DNA of 47,076 nt, filler included, from Catajapyx aquilonaris (taxonomy: Eukaryota), in assembly GCA_000934665.2 (NCBI GenBank). It is 2 parts of 2 records of this genome, joined end to end, with 100 filler letters (N's around TTAATTAATTAA, not from the genome) between each part and the next. Parts side by side here need not be neighbours in the genome. Positions count along the whole stretch, not along the records: positions 23,590 to 47,076 come from JYFJ02005670.1; 1 more part is not named here. One strand, 5' to 3'. A program made the translations under genes and the position numbers. Below, in pieces: positions 23,590 to 34,320 of the stretch. Numbering within the stretch: the stretch's first letter is position 1; each line of letters begins with the position of its first letter. Below the pieces are notes generated by a model. The model worked only from the letters and a program-made list of their open reading frames with translations, searched no databases and was not told the origin of the DNA.

Positions 23590-24608
23590 ATCGGTCGCGT
23601 ATGTTTCCCTGATTTTAGCCCTTCTTATTAACATTCCAATTCTAGACTCTCATTTGATTAGCAAGTCGCTTCATTTCCACCTTAAACTCGATTTAATATG
23701 GGCCTATTACCGGCTGCAAGTTCTTGTGCGCAGGCGCAATTTTCACGACTGCCAACTTAAACATGGTATTTGGAGGTGTGCTTAATATTTGTTATTTTTG
23801 ATGGAAATCGATTTTATTCGGTCGCAATTACGAGGTCCCAATTTGTCATGGCATTTTTAAAAGTTTAGTTCCGAAAGGGGAGCCTGTAGCTCTTCATTTG
23901 TGTCGGATTTGGAACACGTTCAGTTGGTACGCGTGTGGCAGATAGAAGCGGCAGCGCAGCAAAGGTCCGGGCCAATTATCGCGTAGCAATGTGACGTCAT
24001 TGCCGGGTGGATTCGAATGATTCGATTATTATATTATAATTATAACTATATAAACTAATATAACGGTTCTGACGTCTGACAAACACCCCCGCCAAACGAA
24101 AATCCTGTGTGAGCCATTGTGAAAACCATCATACTAACTTGCACTCATATTTCGCGGTCGTATGCAACCGTATCTCGCTACCGTAAACAACGCTATGTTG
24201 CCACGTCCTCACTCGAGTGGAGCAATGTGACGTCACTGGATCATTTTCGGATCGTTTTTCAGCAATACAAATTGAAAGAGCACGGTGAGGCAGGTTTTTC
24301 TTTTTGCGGTTACGATCAGTATATAATTCCCGACATATTCCACATTAAATTTTCAAATTCTCATTTGCTTATCATTTTTTTGTGGACTATTGAAAATTCT
24401 GCCATAAGGGCCCATGTTAAATCGCGAACTTCTGAGCCCTCTAGTTCGCTAATTTGCACGGTGACGTGTATTTTTCTTTGCACCATTGATAAGAGGGCAC
24501 AAAACTGCGTAACATATGTTGTTTTCATAAAATTCTCATTGAGTGACTCTAGCTTCATTTCCACCTTAAGTCTGGGATTTAATTATTGCCATTTTTATAT
24601 TACAATAG

Positions 24609-27245
24609 GTATTAAGACTCTGATAGAGTTCATCCCATCAAGAACGAGCAAGAGTGCAGGATGGTTTACGGGTGGTTATGCTAAACCAGATTACTACATC
24701 TGGAATAAAGACGTCGACGTCTCCAAAACAGCCAATCCAGTACTTAAGAACAACTGGGTGAGTTTTTCGCATTTGTCACTAAAGTACCGCCTCGCCTGTC
24801 ATAATTAACGTGATCATATTGGAGATGTCAGGCTGGATGCCATCAAGAACTGACAGTACCCTATAATTATCTCTGATCAATTTAGAAAGCCAAGTACGGG
24901 AAGAGGGCCTGGGGATTCCTCAACACGAAAGGATTTTTCTTGAACACATTCGGAGGAACCCAGGCTAACCTAAATCACGGGAATCCGGATGTGTCCACAA
25001 TGGTTAAGGTAGGTGTACCAAACGCATGAAAATCGTGGCATATTCACGTGGATGAGTGGAATTGGTTTATTCAGGGTTGGCTGGATTTTTGGATAAAATC
25101 GGGAATATACGGAATAAGGATCTCCGAACCCCGACACATATGGACCACCAAACCTATTGTTGATGCGAAGGAGGTCTTGTCTGCATCCGACCTCGCGGGC
25201 AAGGAGTGGAAGAAGGAACACAAGTCCTTCGTAAGCCGAGATTACATTCCGTTAAATAAGGAGATCATGGATATAATCGGAGGATATAAAGATGCGCTAC
25301 TAAAAGACGGGAAACGGAGGTAATTTACAGCTTCAAAAGGCAATTTCTTATTATTTTTTAAAATCATTTTCGTCCACCTGCTGGTGCATAAGGCGTCTCG
25401 ATTTGATTAATCAGTCACATTCTGCACTTTATGATGTAGTGTAAGTTATATTCATTGATGAGTTCATCCGGATGGTTCAATTCAGTTTTATTCTACAGGG
25501 TGGGCGAGAAGTCAGCGTACTCCTACCGTATTTAGTCGGCCGATCCTATTTCTGGTGGGGTTTGTTGTAGGGTGGCACTGAACATTGCATCTTTACCCTC
25601 GAATAAAGGTATAAGCTTTCAATTAAGATGATTATAAGTAACGATATAATAATAATACCTTTGCCATACCGTGAAGGGTACGGTGACTTCACGCCCACCC
25701 TGCAGAACCCATCATATTTCGAAATATTTCAATCTGACGCTGATCGTTCTGCATTTCAAGTATTGTCTTATCCAACAAAGTGGCATCTGCCTCAATATGT
25801 ATTGACTCTTGTTGTTATTCCAACATGTATGTACTGCAATTGGCAGGATTATGCTAATTCATGACACAGAAAGCACTGACAAGGAGCTGATTAAGTACTA
25901 CGGGAACGACAAATATCCGGCCGACCTCGTTCCGTATCCAGCCTTCAATCTGAAGGATGACATTCGCAAGAGCACCATAAGGTCACGCATCATCAACTGG
26001 TTGGAGCTGCTCAAAAAAGAGCACGTCCCGTCCTGGAGTGTAAGCGCCATGCCCAAGGTACTCTGCAGGACTGTGGTGCACACTGGCTCTCTATATTTGT
26101 AGGTGGGTCACTTCGAGTACGGCAGGATGAACACGAATAAATCGCCGTACTGGGGAGGACTGGTGATGGTCATAGCTCTGACGCTGCCTGGATCATCGGT
26201 GTTTTGGTACGGAGAGGAGATCGGCATGCGTGTGAGCGACGTGCCATTCCAGTCATCCAAGGATCCTAGGAGTCAGATCTGGGGTGCCGAGTACTACCCG
26301 GGAATCTCCGAATCCCGAGATGGGTCTCACACTCCCATGCAGTGGGACAACTCTAAACACGCAGGTACCAGGTTGTGCTGGGGGCAGGACGTGACACCCA
26401 GCATCTATTGCCAACTACAATTTTCCAGGCTTCACTTCGGCGACGGACGCCAAGGCGGTTCCGTTTCTGCCCGCGGACTCGAGCAAGACGAGCGTGAATG
26501 TGGCTGACGAGGAGCGGACGGACGGCAGCTACCTTCGTGTCTTCAGGAACCTGGTTCAGCTGAGGACCCAGCAGGTCATGAAGTACGGGAAGCTGGTGAT
26601 GCTGATGGGGGACGGGGACGAGGATCCACTTGTCTACGTGAGGACCACCTTGGACATGGAGAGCTTCGCCGTGGTGGTCAATTCGAAGGCTGCTGGGAAG
26701 GCGGCCACTGTGGACCTGTCTCTGTTCGAAGGGATAACGCCCGAGGCAGAAGTGGTTGCTCTCAGCCCGTGCTACCAGGGCAAGGAGTCTTCTCCGTACA
26801 TCCTTGGAGAGTAAGCCAAGCACCAGGATTGTCTGCGGCCTGCTGACCATTGCTCTGTTTCAGGAACGTGAAGACTTCGGCAGTGACTGTGCCGGTGATG
26901 AGCGCTATCGTGTTGAAGTACAGGGCAATCCCTCCGGAAGAGACGCCCGAAGGGGAAGGGGAAGACGATGGTGGAGACGGAGGGGACCAAGGGGGAGGAG
27001 GGGGCCCCGGAGGAGACGACGGTACTGGTGGCGGCGACGGAGGCAAAGGCGATGGCAGTGGCGGAGGTAGAGGAGGAGGAGGTGGAGGAGGAGGAGGAGG
27101 AAGAGGAGGAGGGCCTGGAGATGACGACGGAAGCGGAGGGAAGGGAACCAAAACGGACCAGGATTCTAGCAGTGGAGACCGGAGATGTCCCAGCAACTGG
27201 AGGTTACCTTATCCATGCGGCTATGTTTGCCTCTTCATAGGATAA
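24609..27245 (+). CDS. GH13 alpha-glucosidase (maltase)/rBAT-like protein, 5'-partial, predicted catalytically inactive, with Gly-rich C-terminal extension
   Basis: Exons 24609-24757, 24886-25008, 25075-25319, 25847-26039, 26103-26364, 26429-26810 and 26864-27245 join GT-AG in frame. A possible extra exon ends at 24284. Motifs DYYIW...NNW, LPGSSVFWYGEEIGM and SRDGSHTPMQWDNSKHAGF. N-terminal exons not found in the window. Confidence 0.88.
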
Positions 27246-27995
27246 AAATGCTATTGCATTGATCGACTGGAAGTAAAGCTATACAACATTCAGAATAATT
27301 TGATGCAGTCATAGATCTGCGCTGTTTTAGAAGTCCTCCTTTTATTTGCTTGACTTCATTCATAACTTCAATAAATGTGTTTGAAGAGTTAAAAGGGAAT
27401 TGGAGAACTACAAGAACATGTACGCCAACACAGAGATAAATATATGTACATATCATCTACGATCAGCATATGGTATTTGAGGTTTCTCTAACTCTGAACA
27501 GGGTTTGTTGGAAGCAATAATCTTGGCACTAAAATTAATTCAAGGTACAAATTCAACATCAAAATCATTGTTTATTATGCACCTGAGGTGAACAAAGCAT
27601 CTTATAACAAGCTACTTTCAAACAATTAGTTGGTGCAGCACAAAACAACTCCAAACAATTCTGAAGGCAAGCCCAAACGTGCATAGAGTTCACCACAACA
27701 TTCCTCTAAACAAGACCGAAGCATTTGTCACCATACAATATACATAACCTAGTATGTAAAACATCTAAGTTGCCAATTCAGTGTCCTTTAGGTCTTTGTG
27801 CTTCGCAATCTTATGAATTCCATGCAGTGAGTTACATCATTTCCAGTGCACTTGTAGTCCATGACTCATATGAATATTTAATTTCATGCCAAAAAATAAT
27901 GCCACTATTTGGGCAGTAATTATCACTTCAATAGAAAAAATGTCCAATTTGGATCCACGGAACTTTTGGGTTTGCAAAAAAATGGCAGGGGGATC

Positions 27996-30900
27996 CTAGC
28001 TGCCCACTATGACTTCCTCTTCTTGGACCACTACCCCCTCCTGCACCACACCTTCCTGTAACACATAGTGTACTTCCTGGGTGTCCCCACCCTGTATTAC
28101 CATTTCCACGGGAAAGTCTTCTTCTCTCACCACCACCTGCTGATGCTCATCCTGCTCTGCAAACACCACGTGCTCTGCATTCTCCAACTGGGAAGAAATA
28201 TGTTTCATCTTTAATCCCATTTCTTCAGAAATTATCGAACAAGCACATGGCTGCATTTTAAAGACATTTTCCAGCATTCGGAAACTCATTGAAAGCCCAC
28301 TCTGATGTTCAAAAATAATAAAAGTGGGGATGAACTAGCTGGTGTATCCTGACTTAAATGGTGTCCAAAATGACAAGGCTGAAACAAAACTTTCCTGTGG
28401 TTCTTGATGGCATTCTTACCTGAATCTGGTTTTCCCCCATGACGTGGTAGAAGTGTCCTGTCTGACTCATGACTTGAGCCACTTCTTCTTGAGTCAGCAG
28501 TTCGTAACCCCCATCAGCAGACTCCCTCAAGAACTGCACACCTGAAGGCTGCTGTGCTGCGGCCGCCTCAACTTCTTCAGCAATGTCCAACTCCTGCTCT
28601 TGCAAAAACTGGATGTGGCTTGGTGACACTGCTCCACTGGATTCCTCCGCCTCCTGCTCCACCTTTGAATTAACCTCTTCTTCACTCTCCTTGGGTAACG
28701 TGGGTTCAACCTCGACAGTCATTTCCCCATCTGGACCAATCCTCTGGATTACGGTTGCCACCACAGGAACTTTAATCTGCACTGCCCTGGTGCTAGGGGG
28801 TGCGGGCCCAACTTCCATCACCTTTCCTGCTGATCTCAAGTCACTGGCTGTCGCTGGCACTAATGTATGCTTTTGGCCTGGTGCTGGCAACACTTTAACT
28901 AGTACTGGGATTCCATGAGCTGGTTTAAGAAGTGCGAAGGGGACCTGGCCGGACCTACGGGCAGCTTCCATGGAGCGAGTTTCGATCCGGTCAATGGTGA
29001 TACTTGGTTGTTCAACTTGGGGCTGCTGGAGACACTGGTTTCTTGCCTTCTTACCCACACTTCCAGGAGTGATCATCTTGGCAGTGCAGTTGCCACTCAT
29101 GCTTGCTAGTGCCCGTTCACCATTAGGGAGGTAGACCAGCTTTACATTGCGCCTGTTTGGGACAAAACTACAGCGTCAGTGAATATGGATTCAAGTGATA
29201 TGGTCAGAAAGGATCTTCAAATAACTTCAATCACTATTTTGCATTTGCACTGTTAATAAAACAAGGCATTTTCTCATCAATTCCAGTACCATGTGTAAAT
29301 TTAGTTGAGTTCAATTTCATGTTTATCAATGGATTATCACATGTACGAGTATGTGGTGTTAACACATTGTTATTGTTGGAAGACTGCAATTAAATCAGAG
29401 CAACTGCTGAGATACAATCAATTCAATGAGGTAGCCTCGACTTACCCTTCCTTCCTTCCTTTTCCCTTCCCATCCGGCTTTCGTCTGTCTGGTACTGCAC
29501 TATATTTTATGTCATGCTTGAATTCTTCATGTGCGCGAAGAGCTCCTCTTCTTGAAAACTCCTGGCCACATATACCACACACAAACTGGAACTGCTCTGC
29601 ACAGGCACTGGCCCCAACATCATGACTCTTGACGCGATGGCACATCAGGTTGGACATTTGGTTGAATCCGCGACCACAGTCTGTACACTTGTATGGGCGC
29701 TCGTTGGTGTGGGTGTACACGTGGTTCTTCAGGTTTCCCTTTTGGTGGAAGCCTTTCCCACACACTTGGCACTTGTGGGGCTTGTCATCTGCATGCGTCT
29801 TGCGGTGCGAGATTAGTGTTGATACTCGGTTGAATGTTTTCTGGCACAGCTCACACACATAGGGGCGTGCATCACTGTGAATGGCTCGGTGCTGTGACAG
29901 TGTGGACATCTGGCGAAAGGCCTTCCCACAGGTGCCACACTTGTAGTTCCTTTCATCTGTGTGTGTTGGGAGGTGGCGGGCCAGGGTGTAGTGGTGCCTA
30001 AACACCTTGGTGCACACTCCACACTCAAACAGCTTGTGTGTCTTGCCATCCTTGCGTACATACTTCACAAAGTGGGAACGCAGGGAGGATGAGGAAGAGG
30101 AAGGATCTTCCCGTGCCACACGAGCAACTGTCACACCACCCTCCAAGTAGCGTGATGCATTTTGCTGATTTGGGAGCGAGTCCCCAGTTGTGTCTTCCTG
30201 CTGGGAAGACGAGTCAGACAAGTGGTCAGATGATTCCACCCGAGCCTCATTCTCTGCCCCCTGAAACGACAATATTTAATTGCAACATGCCACCCCAGTA
30301 TTGTAAAATTGGCATGACTGGCATGCATTATGTCACCATCACCTCAACTATCTCTTCAGTTGCAGCTGTCTCTGGAACCTCCATGACAGTCATGTTTGTG
30401 TTATCATCAGCAACCATCTCCTGATTCCCATTCCTGGAAAAGGAAAAATTTGAGTAATACCTGGTTGGTTGACCATGGTAATGAGTGCCTTTAAAATGTG
30501 GCTTCTACTTAGGCAACCTCACGAGGTGTCACACCAACTCAACATTCAAACTCAGCTGAATGTATGACAGCACCATTAGAGCTAGGGTCCGTTTGCAACC
30601 ATAGTGCAGGTCCTTCGACAACAGAAATAATGGGACTGATGCAAATATGTGTAAATGACTACAGGATGATGGCTTGGTAACATTATGAATGGCATTGGTC
30701 AGGAGAACAGAGTCTACTTCTCCCAAAGGATACATGTTCACAGATTTGCATCTCACAAGTGTAATTTCGGTACATGATTTCACATGAAAAAGCAGAAATA
30801 ATGCAACTGACTATCACCATATCCAGTGCAACATGCCGATCTCTAAAAAGCTAGTCTTGTTAGTAGATCTACAGTAAAACCTGTCTGCCATGGAAACTTC

Positions 30901-33119
30901 ATTCCATGGAAATGTGTTTATTTTGGAATTTTTGCTTCGTACGTTAAGAATGTAATTTTTTTTTGGGGGCTATGCACATACGAGCACATACATGTATATC
31001 TACATTCTGCAGGGTGATCGAATTGAAATGAAATGAATGGGTAGCAATTTGGCATTAAGCTGCTTATGGGAAGGGTGCCGTTTAGCCCCGCAAAAGTCTC
31101 GCAGGTTTCTATATATTTTTTCAATCTACTCGATGAGCTGAGTCTAACGACACTATTCCTAGTGTGTGGCAATGTTTAGTTCAAGAGTAATTGAATTTTG
31201 AAATTGCAAGTAATAACAATGAATAAATGAAAATAAACAAGTGTTCTTTTGTTGGAACAGTCTACTCCCATTGTTGAGTGAATCCATCTCCATGGTAATT
31301 TTAAACGTAATGTGACGGTTGTGTGTTCGCAGCATTACTGTCCGCCTTGTGGCGGCGTAGATGGGGGTGTTGAGTGATGCGAGTGTTGCGTGATGTGGCT
31401 GTGTTCGTTGGCCTGTGGCGCCACAAGACGGACAGTAGATGTTGTGGATTCAAAACTCAAATAAGCGCCAAGCTCCGCTAACGCTCCGCATTAACTAAAA
31501 TTATCGCGCATGGGTGACGTACCCTTGCACCTGCTAAAAAGGATAGATCAATGTAACCTGATATTAGAAGCTGATACTATTGCTAACCACAAAGTACTTC
31601 GAAGTAACTGCTTAAAAATTAGCACAAAAATTTTCCAAATATTGCTAACTATTAACACCAGGTCAATTGGAACACTATGCATAACCAACAAGTTTTAGTG
31701 TAATACAGTAGAACCCCGATTATCCATCACCTGGGACTGAGGCATCGTAGGATAGCCAGAAAGGTCGGATAATCTAAGAAGCAAAGGAAGCTTGAATGAA
31801 ATGCAACAAAAACATGTACAGTATTACGGTTTTCTAATTAATAGTGAAGTATTTGTCTTTTACATGCACACTCGGCCATACTCTACAATGAATTTAACTA
31901 AGGCAATACAAAACTAATGCTTAGTAGGCATGCAGTATTTGATGAGAAAACATATAATTTACTGCTGGAGTGGGACGGTCGGATAAACCGAGGAGTCTGG
32001 GTTCTACTGTACGTGCAGACTTCCATTTATTGTGCCTCCTTGAGGATCAAAAATGAAGGCTGAGACCTGTTGGATTTTTCTTGCTTGATGAACACATGCA
32101 GCGTTGATCCTTCCTTCTCCCATTTTGATTTCAGTTCCTCGTCCTTCCCACCATTGTCCGTACCAATGGGCGACAGTCGCTTTCCTTTTGCCGCTCTTCC
32201 TGTCTCAACTGCTCCTGTTGGAAAAGGTTTTTATAATCCAATGAATTCATTTTTATCATCTTACCTTAATAATACGTCTACGACTAAAGCTAACAAAAAA
32301 TTACACGAGTTCATATTGTACAATTGCGCTCTAAAATATTGCATTAAGAACCTGGTGAATGGCCTTCTAATCTGAGATTACTGATCGCTTACCGCAATTG
32401 ATCATCTAGTGCAATACAAGTTCATATACAACTCACGACAGATGTTCCAAGGAATTCATTCTGTAAGCTAGAACAATGCATTTTTTAGCAGCTTTCTTTA
32501 ATGTCCAAGGGCAACCACAGTGCCACTGCAACTTGCATGGAAATCAAGACATTTGTGACGGAACACTGTCTTTATTCCGACCAAATAATTTGCTGCTAAT
32601 TGCCTAGTGGGCATCATGTGGCAGTGCAACCGCCTCCATTGCTTGTGCCTCTTCTTCTAATTAGCTGCTGTCTAAATACTTCCAACTACTGGTGTACTAA
32701 CATGAAGGTTCTTTAAAGCCCACGCATTGCAAGTACCGCAATGAAAGCTGAGCCCACCCCCAATAAATGCCAGTGCAACGGTGTTGACTGGAATGACCCC
32801 CACTCCTCATTACGACTTGGCCAATGCATGCCCTGGGGTCATCAGCCCCAAATCCCGGTACATCCTGCCCTGGCCTCCCTCCCTCCCAAGATTTGAATCT
32901 GCGTGCAAAATTTGAGTCCGATTCAAAAGACAAACGAAAATCGGTTTGTTCGACGACCTTCTTTTGTCATTCGGAAGGGGGAGGGTGGAGGGGAGGGGGA
33001 AAAAGAAGACGATCGGACACGCGTGTAAAGATGGCTCTATCCTTACCCACAGGGGCCTGCACGGTGCCTGGAGACTCGCTGGGAGGCTGGGGCTTGGACT
33101 TGCGGGTCGTCTGGGGCAT
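27996..33119 (-). CDS. C2H2 zinc-finger transcription factor, Fez/earmuff-related finger array, ~683 aa
   Basis: Exons 33119-33047, 32214-32067, 30433-30343, 30260-29446, 29152-28420 and 28187-27996 join in frame (2052 nt). Six C2H2 fingers, e.g. CGKGFHQKGNLKNH and CQKTFNRVSTLISH. Acidic C-terminus. The first two exons are less certain. Confidence 0.85.
31337..31436. repeat. Small inverted repeat (MITE-like)
   Basis: ACTGTCCGCCTTGTGGCG pairs with CGCCACAAGACGGACAGT. Confidence 0.55.
31706..32009. mobile_element. pogo/Tigger-like MITE in the zinc-finger gene intron
   Basis: TA|CAGTAGAACCC...GGGTTCTACTG|TA with internal (C)GGATA sub-repeats. Confidence 0.8.
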
Positions 33120-34320
33120 CCTGGTGGACACGGCGGAGCTGGAATTACGAGTTAGGGGAGTTGGAAAAAGGAAATAGGCTCAAGGTGGGTGGGGGATGGG
33201 GTGGGGAGGAAAGGTGGGGGGAGGGGAAAAAAAGAAGAAGGATCTAGTGCGCAGGAACAAATGACGTACGATCACCAGGGTTGCCAACGGAGCAAGGGGT
33301 GCCAACTGGATAATTACGACTTCAAGTGAAATCCATACAAACTAAAAACCGGCCAATTATAAGCTACATTGGTTGGAAGACTAATTGCCCAATTTCTCGT
33401 AATGTGATGTGGCTAATTGGATGATTGGTGCATGTGCAGCATTGCACATCAGTACAGTATTTGCTTATTTGCATTTTCCCCCCCGGCCAGCAATGAGTTG
33501 AGGTGCGGTGATGTCTTGCAATTGTCAATTACTTAATATGTACCGGAACGTTCAATCATGTTTCAGTGATTATGAAACGGTGCGTTGATTTGTATAGAAT
33601 TCAGCACATAGAGGCCGTGTCTCACTGTCAGTCTCGGAACTGAATTTTTGAACAGTTCCAGGTAATGTTAAGTAATATCAGCTCTTGGTAATATCAGGAG
33701 TGAATATTGATCAAAATGTAAGGCAGCTGTCACTTTTAAAATAGCGTTTTATTCTGTAGTTTACATACATGGGGGGTAATCACTTGATGATAAGATGGAG
33801 CATATTTCACGGAGCTCTCTACTTGTTGTCACAGTTTTCTGTGCCGTCAGGAGGGTACATCTGGTAGGAAGATAAGCTAATGTCATGATATGAATTTAAA
33901 AATATATGTTTTCATATGTTATGGAAATCACACAGTAACGCCATAACCCTGAATATCTCTATATCCATATACAAAAATTCTTGGTTCTGAGTTGGCATAA
34001 CCATAAAAAAGAAATCTCAAATGATTTTGGTTCAGGATGGCATGTTTTTATTAATATTACAAAATGGTATGCATATAGTACACTGCAGTGTATTCAGAAA
34101 ACTGACACACACCAATGGCAATAATCTGTACAAGTAGGCATGATGTATAAAAGTACAACTTTAGGAAAAATACAGTCACTGCCAAGTGCCAACAAACGTA
34201 CCCAATTCCCTGGCAGTATTTTTTGGACTTACAATTTGAGATCGTAAGTAGAGAACGGACTTACACTCCGGCGCTAAAAATCGAGAGTTCATTTCCCTCC
34301 AACAAAAATGGGTACACATT

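Noticed and set aside
24119..24808. 229-aa ORF as a single-exon gene
   Set aside because: Only 24609-24757 (and possibly a short exon ending 24284) is GH13-like; the rest reads through T-rich intron-like sequence.
26762..27240. Poly-Pro, poly-Glu and Arg-rich ORFs
   Set aside because: These are alternative frames or the antisense of the GGA-rich GH13 last exon; splice phase supports the Gly-rich frame.
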